Shown here in pieces: positions 24,791 to 38,419 of a DNA stretch of 64,000 nt (within the stretch, counting starts at the first letter, position 1; each line of letters begins with the position of its first letter). The notes beneath the pieces were generated by a model. It was not told where the DNA came from. It did not search any database and saw nothing but the letters and a program-made list of their open reading frames with translations. A program made the position numbers and the translations under genes. Source of the DNA: Eledone cirrhosa (taxonomy: Eukaryota); contig OZ024744.1 of the NCBI GenBank assembly GCA_964016885.1, positions 51,398,001 to 51,462,000 on the forward strand, read 5' to 3'.

Positions 24791-25326
24791 ACCACCGAGT
24801 CCATTGTCATGATCAAACCGCCACCCTCCTTCAAAAACGAAGGAGAGGCGGTTTTCCTTTGTGTGATAGTTATGGCGAAAGAGGTTGTATGGTGGACAAG
24901 GTTGAAAGGGCTGAGGTCAGACACCTTTCTCTCCGGCCAACAACTGATTCTTTTTTTTCAAATACCACTTTGGAAGAAGAATCAGGATGGAGAGAGAGGT
25001 GCTGTACCCCAGCAAGTTTTATGAAAGGTGGGTGAAAGTGGCGAGAATGGCCCGAGTGAATGGGCCTTCTCTCTATATCAGCCTGTAGGTTGAGGAAAAA
25101 GAGGAGGAGAGGAAAGGGGTACAAACTCTTCGTACTCCTGGAGATGAGGGTTGCATATTTTTTCGGGTGTATGTGTTACCCATATGTAATGTCTCCCCCT
25201 ATTGGGGAAAATCGATTAACTTTTAAATTGTATTTGTGATAGTATTTTACACGTTTTTATTGTATGTAAACTTCCCCTTTTGTATTTGTCCCCTTCTTTT
25301 GTGCCCTTGTGACTAATAAAGTAACA
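24791..25326 (+). mobile_element. Tx1 3' fragment
   Basis: TTESIVMIKPPPSFKNEGEAVFLCVIVMAKEVVWWTRLKG matches the ORF2 C-terminus. (TATC)n at both junctions, nested inside a (TATG)n tract. Confidence 0.9.
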
Positions 25327-25563
25327 TATCTATCTATCTATGTATGTATGTATGTATGTGTGTGTGTATGTATGTATGCGTGTGTGTATGTATGTGTGTG
25401 ATATAATATAATTGTGTGATATAATATAATATAATATAATTGTTTCTACTATTGGCACAAGGCCAGCAAATACCCAGTACATTACTGGTACATTATTTTA
25501 TCGACCCCGTAAGGATGAAAGGCAAAGTTAACCTCGGCATATAATATAATATATGCATACATA

Positions 25564-25704
<141 letters not shown>

Positions 25705-26076
25705 GCGTGTGTGTATATATATCTATGTATGTATATACACATACACACACACATATATATCATATGTACAAACATATATCCGTATATGCCTGAAACTTTT
25801 GAGTTACTATTTAGAAAGTTGTTCCTTATATATTTATGCGTGCTTGTATATATATGTATGTCTACACACACACACACACACATATATATATACATATATA
25901 TCTCTGTCACTCTCTCTTTCTATATATATATATATATATATATGTATTTGTATATATAAAAGCATTTATGTAAGCATGTTTATAACATATACACACGCAC
26001 ACTCATAGTATATTCATATGCGTATGTACATACGTACACATACATAGAAGCATATATATATTATATATATATATGT

Positions 26077-26123
<47 letters not shown>

Positions 26124-26392
26124 ACACAGACATGCGCATGCATTTCTATATATATATTTTTATATTTGTATTCATACATGCAAATCTAAATTATTTCCTA
26201 TATTTTTTATATATTTTTCTTATATATCCATGTTAACAACAAATTTTTCTATATACATACATACATGCGCAGCTATATATTATCAGACCCAGAAATAGGT
26301 ACAGAAATAAAAACAAAGACACATATCAACATTTTATATATATCCATACATATTTTAAGAGGTTGTGATATATATATGTACATGCATACATG

Positions 26393-26484
<92 letters not shown>

Positions 26485-26604
26485 GAACGATTTGTTATGT
26501 ATTCATCATGTTTATTGAGAAGTGACGCGCGTTTCGCTCAAGGTTCGATCTGTATCGATCTAGCCTGACTCAGGAATCAAAAGTTCCTCGGAATTCTGCT
26601 GTGG

Positions 26605-26656
<52 letters not shown>

Positions 26657-26713
26657 GCATATATATATATATATTTATATATATGTATATACATATATAT
26701 ATATATATGTATT

Positions 26714-26745
<32 letters not shown>

Positions 26746-26894
26746 TGTATTTATATATATATATATACATATTTATACATACACACACATATATATTTAT
26801 ATATAAACAATGAGTTATTTGGTTTGTTGATTATTCAACAAAGTTAATTTTACAACAGATTAGAAGCACTCAACGGTTTTATCTGGAGTGTCAT

Positions 26895-27195
26895 TAATAT
26901 CAATAATATTACTAAATGGAAAATATCTTTATCAAACCATATTTATTTCATTATACGTATTTCAAGGGTACTAATATTTAAGTACGCTTTCGTCAGATAA
27001 AATACAATAATTGGTGTAAAGATATCTTCATGTGAACTTACTGAATTTATAACATTAAGTTCAAATGAAGTTATGTCACTATCTTTACACCAATTATTAT
27101 ATTTTATCTGACGAAATATTAGTACCCTTGAAATACGTATAATGAAATAAATATGGTTTTATAAAGATATTTTCCATTTATTAATGTTATTGATA
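26895..27195. mobile_element. Fold-back PLE-type repeat with hammerheads (- 26946-27002 intact; + 27102-27147 stem II deleted)
   Basis: Minus strand TTTTAT-CTGACGA-aagcGTACT-taaatatt-AGTACcctt-GAAA-TACGTA-TA-ATGAAA. Confidence 0.75.
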
Positions 27196-27426
27196 TATAA
27201 ATATGGTGTGGGCCAATACTGACCGAAACCTATCAAAGTTATCGGAGTTAAAGTTTCCTTCCATGTACTGATTGCGTTGTTATTTCTGTTTACCTTTTAA
27301 ATACGCACACACACATACACACACGCACATATATATATAATAGAAAAAACGGGGATGTTTCGTTTACATATGAAAAATATTTATTGCGTATCGACCTGTT
27401 ACACGCGTTTCGTAGAGGGTTGGCTC

Positions 27427-27457
<31 letters not shown>

Positions 27458-27586
27458 TGTAGAGGTTATATTTAATTTGTCGGGATACAACAAGCTAAAT
27501 ATTTTTATAACTGGAGATTCCAACCAGAATGGTTGCATTTTTTAAGGGTATGTCAATATTTATTTATAAAACTAACCTATATTATA

Positions 27587-27648
27587 TTTTATCTGATGAA
27601 AGCGAACCATAGTTTGCTCTGGTGCCCCTTGAAATATGTATAATGAAA
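27587..27648 (+). ncRNA. Type-I hammerhead ribozyme
   Basis: TTTTAT-CTGATGA-aagcgaACCA...TGGTgcccctt-GAAA-TATGTA-TA-ATGAAA. Confidence 0.7.
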
Positions 27649-27688
27649 TAAATATGGTTTTATAAATATAATTTCCATTTGTTAATAT

Positions 27689-27771
<83 letters not shown>

Positions 27772-28056
27772 CTGTGTGTGTGAGAAAAACCACAAACCCT
27801 CCATCTCAATTCTACTTTTGAAAAGCACAAGAACTGCGAAACCGGTAAAAGAACCAAATAAATAAAAATAAAAAAAAAGACTCCAGTTGCATTTTCGATT
27901 TCATCTTTTTTCCTTATACTTTCACTCGTGTAGGACACCTCGGTTATTTTTCATTTTGTAAAAGAACCTCACTTTCTAATATATATATATATATATATAT
28001 ATTAGAAAGTGAGGTTCTTTTACAAAATGAAAAATATATATATATATATATATATA

Positions 28057-28091
<35 letters not shown>

Positions 28092-29114
28092 GTATGTACA
28101 TATGTATGTATATATATATATATATCTTTTTATCTGCCTATCTATGTATATTATTTTTTCACTTTCATCCTTACGGGGTCGATAAAATAAAGTACCAGTA
28201 ATGTACTGGATAATTTGCTGGCCTTGTGCCAAAAGTAGAAACAATTATTTTTTCACGGTAGCCTCCTCCTCCCATTTTGGGGATAGTGTGAGATTTTCTT
28301 TAAAACTGCTGGACTTACAACCTAACAGCTCCTTCTAGCACTGATGATGATTATCGCTAAACATTGATGTTGATTTAGTTATTAATATTAATATTATTGG
28401 GCACCCACTGAAGATTTATAAGTGCCCACTTGCATAAGAATCCATTGATCTTACACAAGTTTCTACATAACTTGGTATAATTTCACCCACCGTGTAGAAA
28501 TCTTACAATGAAACGATCGTTTGGGGAATGAGATCTTTAATATATCTCATATGAAATAACACAGCCAATTATCCACACAATACAATATAGTTAGCACTCC
28601 AAACGTTTAGTTGGGAATATACTGAGGTATTTCCTAATATTTGTTGAGTGAGTTGGAAATTGGTCGGAGTATCGCTATTACCTTTCTCCGTTTATGTATT
28701 TATATATATATATATAAACACATACACATATATGTGTGTGTGTGTTTGTGTGTATGTGTGTGTATGTGTAAATGAATGCCTATGCTTGTGTATAGAGTGA
28801 GTATGTATATATGTTTATGTACGTTTTAATATAGCTCCGGGAAGTTGAATACATTGCGAATGAAATTTTGTAGATGAAAACTGAAATACACGATGGTCAC
28901 GGAAGGAACGTCTTTGATGATTAGGTATGTTGGATGAGAGCTGAGCACAAACTGAGGAATAACAAGAACTACATGAAAATCGACATCTTATTAACACGAA
29001 ATATCCTTTGTTTATAATAGAACGAAAGAAAATTAATTACTAATACTATTTAACATACAATTCACACACACACACACTCATATATATATATATAAATATA
29101 CACACACACACACA

Positions 29115-29158
<44 letters not shown>

Positions 29159-29324
29159 TACACACACACTCACACAAACACACACACACACACACAAACA
29201 CAAACACACACACACATACACACACACATATATATATATACGCACACACTCACATAGACACACTCACACACACGCAATCCACTACGCACACTCACATACA
29301 CACACACATATATAATTTCTTTAT

Positions 29325-29730
29325 TATGGCTTCTTGACGTGTCCACAAGAGTGTCAGTTACAAAGCTTGGCTAGATGTAGTTCCGCCACAGCTGAACATA
29401 TTGTTATCTTTTCTCAGTAAACTCTGCCAAGTCCAATGCTGTGTAGGGGTGTTCCAGGAAGGGCATATCAGAAGGTGCTGCGTAGTCTGTGGTTTGATGC
29501 TGCAGTCACACACAATGTCCCTATCCTTTAAATATCCCCATTTTGCCAGATTGTCTTTTGCACGACTAACACCAGATCTTAGTCTTTTTAAGTATCTCCA
29601 CACTGCTTAGTGTGTATCTGCTCCGGGGGTCAGTGCCTCGCTTTCCTTTAGCTCTATTGTTGTTACTGATGGGAGGTGGTCAAGTGTTTCTTCCCAGCGG
29701 GTGATGAGACTTGTTACTCTGGAGTATCAC
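29325..29730 (-). pseudogene. Ingi/Vingi-like LINE 3' fragment
   Basis: WRYLKRLRSGVSRAKDNLAKWGY...CDCS..QTTQHLLICP resembles the I-group C-terminal zinc-knuckle region. Confidence 0.6.
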
Positions 29731-29749
29731 TTGTGCAATGTACATATAA

Positions 29750-29809
<60 letters not shown>

Positions 29810-30061
29810 TGCTGTTCCAACAGCTAGTTCCAGAGCCTGGAATTAGCTGTTGAAATGACAAGAGTTTAGCCGTTGAGTAATGGTCTAAACAGTTTCAAAC
29901 TGAATTCATCCTGAGTTATATATATATACGAATGTCACCGAATATATTTTAGCGACGTCCGGCCATGATCCACTCACTCAATCAGATAACATGCAGTTGA
30001 GTGGCTGTATCTCGTAATACGGAGTGGACACATATAGTTAATTAGTGTGTATTATGGCATT

Positions 30062-30735
30062 ACAACCTGTGTCAGAAAAGTAACAGGACCTATTGTGCTG
30101 TGTAAACTATGAGGGGTGTAGGTATTAGCGGGAAACATCACCGTGTCACATAATATCCGAGGTGTATATACCTGCAATCTCAGCTCTCTGCAGTCCTTGT
30201 ATTTTTTTTATCACATGATTTTGCACCGCAGTTCTAGGCCATCGAGCTAAGAACCAAACTGAAGTTTCTGGTCCGACCGGGGAAAACTCCACCATAATAC
30301 TGCAGCAAGTGTACGCAGATGAGACAATGATGCGTTCACGTATTTTCGTCTGTCACAAATGGTTCAAAGAGGGACGCGAGGACGTGAACGCGGAACGCTT
30401 TCAACGAGTAGGACTGAGGTCTACGTAGAGCGTGTGAGGCAGGTGGTGCGTGGCGATCGTCGGCTGACTGTTTGAGTGATCGCAAGTGAGCAGGGCAAGA
30501 ATCATCAAGGGGACCCGTTTTCCGGATGTGGAAGCCAGCAAGAGGGCCGTGACGACCGAGTTCCGTAGAATCCCGGGGACTTCCAGTCAGGAGTGTATGG
30601 AGGTGTGGCGAAGAAGGATGGGGAACTACGTTAAACACGAGGTGGATTATTTCGAACGGGAAATCTACTTTGTAGTTTGGATTTGAAAATATTTTTTGAC
30701 ACCTCAGTCCTGTTTCATTTCTGGCACACAGCATA
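30062..30735 (+). mobile_element. Internally deleted mariner DNA transposon
   Basis: Degenerate TIRs (tgtgtcagaaaagtaacaggac / gtcctgtttcatttctggcaca). HTH remnant LKFLVRPGKTPT..LQQVYADETM.RSRIF..HKWFKEGREDV. C-terminus KGTRFPDVE...W..R......DYFE. Confidence 0.85.
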
Positions 30736-30831
30736 TATACATATTTATATATACGTTTCAGTATTGCATATTGTATAATGCCGTGGAGCCTTCGGAATTC
30801 ATACCGTAATTATATATATATATATATATAA

Positions 30832-31078
30832 TATATAAAACGAAAAATCAGTGTTGCATCTGAAATCAATTTATTGTGTGTTACAATTGTTTCGCCGGCG
30901 GACAGCTCGAGACACTAAAGAATTTCCTCCGAAAGTATTAGACATGTCCGACGAGCCCGCAGGTCCAGAATCAGACAGATCCACACAATGATCGTGTCTC
31001 GAGCTGTCCGCCGGCGAAACAATTGTAACACACAATAAATTGATTTCAGATGCATCACTGATTTTTCGTTTTATATTA
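30832..31078. mobile_element. Fold-back element with a long-stem-II hammerhead (+ 30945-31030)
   Basis: Inverted arms of ~83 bp. TGT-CCGACGA-GCC-(55 nt)-GGC-GAAAC-AATT-GTA-ACA, with a U4-to-C change in the core. Confidence 0.6.
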
Positions 31079-31368
31079 TACCGTACTCTGCTCTGTAAGA
31101 GCATAGTGTGCTCAACCGGCATACCGCCTATGGAAGCTTCTTAACTACCATCAGGCACACACACATATATATATATAGGAAATTGTCTGACCCCGATGGC
31201 AGAGCTAAAGCCGTTTCGACGGCTATTTCTAGTCCAGAAATTGCCGTCGAAACGGCTTGAGCTCTGCCGTCGGGGTCAAACATTTTCCTATTACCCACTC
31301 TACAACCCTAAGTATTGAGGTACTCTGGTGCGATATGGTCCATCTGGTTCCTTACCACTCTTCCTTCG

Positions 31369-31426
<58 letters not shown>

Positions 31427-31849
31427 TGTATATATAATTATACATTCATACGCACACACGCATAAATATGTACGTATCTGTTTACATATATACATACAGA
31501 CACACACACATACACACACAGACACACAGACACGAAGGCACACACACACGCATATATATATATATATTAAAGAAAAACGAACACAGATATATACATATAT
31601 GTGTTCAAATCATAATGGACCAGATTCGCTAAGGTGAAAAGAATACTAACTATAGACAATTGGGTTCGCTTGTCTCAATTTAAGAAAAAATTAAGAAAAT
31701 AAATACACGGCTCGGAAATATCTCTTTCTTGGAGCTATTTTGTTGTAAGAGACTATTTTGAGTTCCTAACTCAATATTACCTTTGATATATTTATATATA
31801 CATATATGTATACTAGACTTGCCTGTATATACATTAGTATACTGAAAAC

Positions 31850-32260
31850 ACATTTCTTCCTATTGTGTTGGCATGTAAACAGAACTGCAGACACTAATCT
31901 TTCTGGGTATCACCCTTCATCAGTACAGAAAATCTGGCTGATCAGCGGATCTGCTAATATGCAGATCTGACTGAACAGCCAGTCTGCTAATATGCAAATC
32001 AGGCCGATCAGTCACTGTATATTTTAGAAAATAGCATATATTTTCACTACGTCTGACAGTTTGGCAGGTGAACTGTGAGTTGTGCTGATGAAGGGTGATA
32101 CCCCAGAAACATTAGTGTCTGCAGTTCTGTTTACATACCAACACAAGAGCAAGAAGGAAGTGTTTATTCTATTGGCATGGCTTTAAAAATGAGGCTTGTT
32201 TGCATAATTGCAAACGAATCGAATGTTATTAATATTCGAAAACCTCAGATTACATTAATT
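31850..32260. mobile_element. Hammerhead-bearing repeat family, inverted arrangement (- 31882-31928; + 32077-32127)
   Basis: GAGTTGTG-CTGATGA-aGGG.gat.CCCCa-GAAA-CA-ttag-TG-TC-TGCAGTTC. Same family as 45770-47080. Confidence 0.75.
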
Positions 32261-32339
32261 AAATATATATACGCATCAAGTCAGAATATGTCTTTCACTG
32301 GCATATTAAAACATGTAAGGTAAATTATTTGAATTTTAT

Positions 32340-32416
32340 TGGACTCTGATGAGCTATTCTTCTAAGAATGAACTTTATTTCATTCCATTTACTCTGGTGA
32401 AACGTTCGTAAGTCTA
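32340..32416 (+). ncRNA. Type-I hammerhead ribozyme with long loop II
   Basis: TGGACT-CTGATGA-GCT...GGT-GAAAC-gttc-GTA-AGTCTA. Canonical core and a 6-bp stem I. Confidence 0.7.
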
Positions 32417-32463
32417 TTAAATGTTTTAATACTAATCCTTATATTAATATGTATGTATGTATG

Positions 32464-34461
32464 TTCTTCTGGTTTTATAATTTCACAAAATTTTACTAAT
32501 AGAGAGAGAGTCGGTTTCTAACATAGACACAAGACTCTCTCATTGGAATTTACACAACATCAACTAGGTAGATTATGTATGCATGCATGTGTAGATATGG
32601 ATGTTATTGTATGTGTGGATGTGGATGTTTTGAGTTGTATGTGAGGATGTGCATATGCTTTGTATCTGTATATGTGTATATGCAGTTATTATTTGCAGAA
32701 TTTTTGGAATCTTTTGCATATTTTTACTGTTCTATTAATGGATTGTACTTGTAATTTCCTAACTAGTTGTGTTCTTTTTGTTTCTTTGAAGCCCGGTCTT
32801 CTCAGGATTTGTACTGAAGCAGTTACCAACATATCCCGATGCCCCGATAATGACAGGCATAAATCTGAAGGTATAGTCAAGGTGGAGTATCTGTAGATGT
32901 CTCATTAGTTCTGCATAGATATTCTCCTTTTCGCTAATCTTTGATACTATATTGCCATCTGCTTGGCAGCTAACTTACATTACTGTGCATGCCTTCTTTT
33001 CCCTGTCCCATATCATTATATCTGGTCTGTTATGCCTGCATTTGATTGGGGGTTTTACTGGAACATTCCACTGGAACATTCCATATTATGTATATGTATG
33101 TCTTTCTGGCAATATGTCCATGCATGATTTTTTGCTGGCAAGCATGCAGTTTTTCTTCCATGGATTCACTGTGGTACTACTGGGCAACTTCCCTGGGTGT
33201 GAGTTTTTGATTATCATGCAGGAATTATCTTTCAAGGAGTTCCCTCCCAACTCTCATGATCTTATCTGTCTCATGCAGATAGACTTGCTCGAGAGACGGG
33301 CTCCTACGCTTTGCCGTTCGTAAATGTTGTCGGAGGGATAGATGCGACATCCAAATTCTGTCTGGACTGATGTTAGCCCTCTGCCTCTGTTTACGTTTCA
33401 AGTAAAGGCAGTCTATGTCACTGTTGATGTGGAAGTTTCCGGTGTTGTTCAGTATTTTTCTAGTCCTAACATCAATCGCTCAGATGTCGTCTATCGTCCA
33501 ATTGAGTATTCCAAAGGTTAGTGTTAGGACAGGCACAGCAAACACATTGTGAGCCACTGTTTTGTTTTGCGCAGAGAGTTCCGATGACCATATCTTTCTT
33601 AATCAGGTGTTGTATTCCCTGGTTATGCGTTCCTTATAGATACCATTATAGGATATGTTCTCATCTATCCCCAGGTATCTGTAGCAGTCCTCATCAGATA
33701 ACGGTGAAACAGTTAGGCCATTGATAAAAATGTAGCTATATTGGGTTGTTGTTTTTCCCCGCTTTACAATTATATATGAGCATTTATCTTGGCCAAACTT
33801 CATTCCTATATCCTTTGAGGATGTTGTAATCAGGTCAAGATTTTTCTTCATCCCATCCATGTTCTTGGCATAGAGTTTCATGTCATCCACAAAGAAATTA
33901 TGGGTTAAGTTCGTATTTCTGTCCTCCTGTGAGACAATGGTGTATCCCTCACATTTCTTGAGCAGAAAGGACAAGGGGTTTAATGAGAGGATAAATAGTA
34001 TCACAGAGAGACTGTCTCCTTGAAATATACCTATGTGATATTCAATTTTATCACTGAAAATAGAGTCCTCCTTCTCTGTTTTTAACTTTAGAATAGTAGC
34101 CCAAGAGCTTCTCTATGGCTCTGATAATAATGTCTGGGACTTTAGCAAATTGGAGGGCCTCTATCATCCAAGAGTGGGGAACAGAATCGAAAGCTTTCCT
34201 GTAGTTCAGCCAGACTGTAGCCATATTCCTCCTAAGTTGTCGCACCTCTGACATCGCAGTTTTGTTGATTAGGAGTTGTTCAGCACACCCGCAAACCCCT
34301 TTCTTTCCAGCTGCTTGTTCATCTGTGATGATGTTATTATTTTCACAGTAATTTTGGAGGAATAGGTTCAGGCAGACTGTATACATCTTATACATCAAGT
34401 TCTGGCATGTAATAGGTCGGTAGTGTTTTGTCAAGTGGGTGTCTCCGTTCTTGGGGAGCAA
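32464..34461 (-). mobile_element. R4/Dong-like RLE non-LTR retrotransposon, 5'-truncated and decayed
   Basis: RT motifs YRPITC, KAFDSVPHSW, IFQGDSLS, FVDDMKL, YRYLG, plus an RLE remnant. (CATA)n at both junctions. Confidence 0.9.
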
Positions 34462-34557
34462 TATGTATGTAAGTATGTATGTATGTATGTATGTATGTAT
34501 GTATGTATGTATGTATGTATGTATGTATGTATGTATGTATGTATGTATGTATGTATG

Positions 34558-37500
34558 TTCTTCTGGTTTTATAATTGCACAAATTTTTTTCCAAATAGAG
34601 AGAGAGTCGGTTTCTAACATAGACACAAGACTCTCTCTCATTGGAATTTACACAATATCAACTAGGTATATTATGTATGCATGTATGTGTAGATATGGAT
34701 GTTATTGTATGTGTGGATGTGGATGTTTTGAGTTGTATATGTGCATGTGTATATGCTTTGTATCTGTACATGTGTAAATGCTGTTATTAGATGCAACATT
34801 TTTGTAATGTTTTACATATTTTTACTGTTCCATTAATGGATTGTACTTGTAATTTCCTAACTAGTTGTGTTCTTTCTGTTCCTGTGAAGCCTAGCTTCTC
34901 AATATTTGTATTGAGGCAATTACTAACATATCCCAGTGCCCCAATAATCACAGGCATAAATCTGAAGGTGTAATCAGGGTGGAGTATCTGCAGATTTCTC
35001 ATCAGTTCTGCATAAATATTCTCCTTTTCGCTAATCTTTGATATTATATTGGCATCTGCTGGGCAGCTAATTTCCACTACTGTGCATGCTTTCTTCTCCC
35101 TGTCCCATATCATAATATCTGGTCTGTTATGCCTGCATTTTATTGGGGTTTTTACTGGAACATTCCACCAGTACTCTTTCATATCATGTACATGGATGTC
35201 TTCCACATTGCTGTAGGTTTAATGTGCTTATTATCGGAGCTAACTTTTTTACGAACTGCATTGTACAGTGTTTTGGCCACTACATCATGCCTCATAGGTA
35301 GATAGTACCGCGATGACATCTTTGGGCAGCTGCTGATGACATGGGTGATATCCTCGATGTTAGTTCTGCAGAGTCTGCACTTGTTATCACATCTAGGTGT
35401 TTTGCCTGCATCCCTATCTCTTTCGTGAATCAGGTATTTCGTGTTAATCTCCTGTTCTTGAATTGCAAAAGCGTATCCTTCAAAGTGGGAGCCAATATAG
35501 CGGTTGTTGGTCCAAGATAGACTACTTTTCTTATGTATATTACTTTCATCATCCAAGAGTGGGAAACAGAATCGAAAGCTTTCCTGTAGTCCAGCCAGAC
35601 TGTAGCCATATTACTTCTAAGTTGTCGCACCTCCGACATCGCAGTTTTGTTGATTAGGAGTTGTTCAGCACATCCCCAAACCCCTTTCTTTCCAGCTGCT
35701 TGTTCATCTGTGATGATGTTATTAATTTCGCAGTGATCTTGGAGGAATAGGTTCAGGCAGGCTATATACATCTTATACATCAGGTTCTGGCATGCAATGG
35801 GTCGGTAGTTTTTTGCCAAGTGGGTGTCTTTGTTCTTGGGGACCAGTAATGTTTGTGCTAATGTCAACATGCTAGTATAAGTGTATCTCCCTTAAGAACT
35901 TGTTGGTAGAGGTCAGTAAGCTACCTCTGATAGAATATCAGTTTTTTGTACCAGTAGCCGACAATCATGTCTCTTCCTGGTGTTTTCCTATCACAGTCTC
36001 AAGGGCACCCTCACTTATTTCGTATGTTTTTGTTGTAGTGTAGGAGCAATAGTTCTTTCGGATTAGCCACACTGCATCTTGGTTGAAATTCTTCTTTTCA
36101 CCCCATATTTTACTCCAAAAGGAATCTATGTCTTTCTGGGATGGGGCCTCAGTGACACTTATTATTTTGCCCTTCCTATCTCTATAGACTGATGTTTGGT
36201 TTCGTCTGAATCTTTTATTAAGCACTTTTCTCTCATCTACCTTCTTCAGGTATCGGCGTTTTTCGCTAACAGCTCTCAATTCTTGTTTGAGGGTGATCAG
36301 CTTATATTGGAGAGTTCTGGTTCTACTGTTACCAAACATCGTCTCTCTTTTATTTTTCACTCTTTGTTGGTGAGGAGTGAGTTTTTTTCGTGTTTGTTTG
36401 CATTTAAGGAGCATTGTCACATATCCTATGGTTTTTTGTAGGTCAGCAATCTTTTTTTTCTATTTTAGTTATATATGATGGTATTTTTGGTGGTGTTCTG
36501 TTCTTGTTAATATCTCTTCTATCACCAAGATAATGCTTCACTGTCGTTGCAGGTATAAACAGGCGTTGATTTGCCAAAATGTTGGGGTTTTATCCCCTAT
36601 TTCGTCAAATACACGTAATATTTCATTATTTGGTTTTTTATTAAACATTGTCGTTTTAATACATGTAATTAATTCATGTATAAATATCTCTCTTGCTGAA
36701 CGCAAGAGAGATATTTATACATGAATTAATTTCCCCCTGGAAGATTTCGTTGAGGGAAATTTTCAATTGTTTATACTTTTGATTATTATCATTATCGATA
36801 GTATTTTCCACAACAGTCGAGGTAGACTCAGATGGTACACGTGGTGTCAAATTTCTTCGATTATTATTATTATTTCTTCGATTATTATTATTATCGATAG
36901 TGTTTTCCCCAGCATTCGAGGTAGACTTAGATGGTACAGGCATAGTTGTTTCAAGGCCTGTTCGAGCTGGCTGCTACGAAGTCTAGTAGCATGGCGACCT
37001 GTAGCACGTGTTGTTGATCCCATGTTTGTTGTGGGGGACTTACAATTAATACTATTTATCTTATTTTTACTTTCAACAAACGTCGCTTGTTGGCGTAATT
37101 GTTTCGCTGTGAAATAATTTAGCTCTGGGTGCATTTCATCCCAGTGTAGCTTCATTCTATTCATATAGCCAATGGAGGGATTGTATTTTGCCATTTTATA
37201 ACAATTAAATAAATCATGATTAAGTTCGCAACTCCAAGAGAAATGCGATTTATAATTTCGGTTTCTTCTGTAGCTACAGCTGAATAAAGTTTGTTTACCT
37301 TTCTTGTTGTTTGTCTTCGATACTTCCTTAATTTTGTTGTTGATGTTGTGTTCAGCCATGTTGTTTGTAGCAAATCCTTGTAAAATGAATTATGTATTTA
37401 GTCGGATATCTCTACGAATTCGAATAAAAGGTGTCTTCAGTAGATATAGTTAGAAGAATAACCAGTTATACAACATGACTTTAGTTGTGGCATTACTGTC

Positions 37501-37570
37501 GGAGATAGTATTTATCTTAAATTTGATAAATAGTCTCCCACACCAAAATATGCGACTGATCGCGTTGACT
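34558..37570 (-). mobile_element. R4/Dong-like RLE retrotransposon retaining both ends, RT core deleted
   Basis: N-terminal region (37373 downward), YRPIAC, LDYRKAFDSV, then AIQEQEI, CCHC CRLC...H...C, RHD and NRPDI...VVEISCP...EK. The 5' end abuts (CATA)3 and the 3' end runs into (CATA)n. Confidence 0.9.
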
Positions 37571-37584
37571 GTATGTATGTATGT

Positions 37585-38130
37585 GGTGCTACTGGTAACA
37601 TGTATTCCAGTAAACCCGTCCCATGATCGGGTCGTTGACGACTAAACTGGCAACTCCACCAAGGTTTCTTGGTGAGGAGGGTGACTTTGGACATGCTGCA
37701 GGATTAAAAACAAAACCTGTCAAAGGGAAAAGGAGCTCTTAAGAGTCAATGGCCATCCCAAATCACCGGGAGAGATGACCCCTTAGCCTTTGTCAAGGCA
37801 GAATTCTAGGAGAAGGAAAACTCTGATATAACACCTGCAACCCTGATGGTATCCAATGATGTTGACTTGTTCTTCTTTTTGGTAAATATCATCTTGGTGA
37901 AGAGAGTTGAACTGGCTTTGTGCAGTGCCTTTGCTCACTATAAAAGCTTCACGGCACAGGCATTGCTTTATATCTGGAGATCTCTCTGCACTTGTCGTCA
38001 CATGGTACCATGGACCCAGCACTATGTCGCTGGCTGGACTAAAAAGTCACACTCGTTCAGCGCATCGGTAGGGATTCTCCTACATGGATATAAAGTAGTG
38101 GCCGTACTCGAAAACGAGTTGGCAGCCACT
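37585..38130 (+). mobile_element. Non-coding ~550-bp element with an RTE-5'UTR-like middle and an RTE-type 3' tail
   Basis: TTAGCCTTTGTCAAGGCAG..TTCTAGGAGAAGGAAAACTCTGAT resembles RTE 5'UTRs. The 3' hairpin CTCG-aaaa-CGAG..GGCAGCCA is followed by (ATGT)n. Confidence 0.7.
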
Positions 38131-38419
38131 ATGTATGTATGTATGTATGTATGTATGTATGTATGTTTGTATGTGTGTATGTATGTATGTTTGTATGTAT
38201 GTAAACATACGTTTTTTTACCTATATAAAATATATGTTTTTGTGTGTCTTAGTGTGTATATGTAATATGAAGACTCCCACAAACCTCGTAAGGTACATCC
38301 TAGTTCAACTAATTAAACAATTATTAATTGGGAGTGCTTTACAACTAATTAGCAAACTGTTTATGGCTATAACCGATGTCTGTAATATATGTAATACATA
38401 ATCAAAGAATTCTAATATA

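Noticed and set aside
37590-37652. HDV-like ribozyme at the 5' end of the RTE-tailed element
   Set aside because: P2-like CCAGT/ACTGG, a P4-like hairpin and CTAA are present, but I could not build P1 and P3 with correct spacing.
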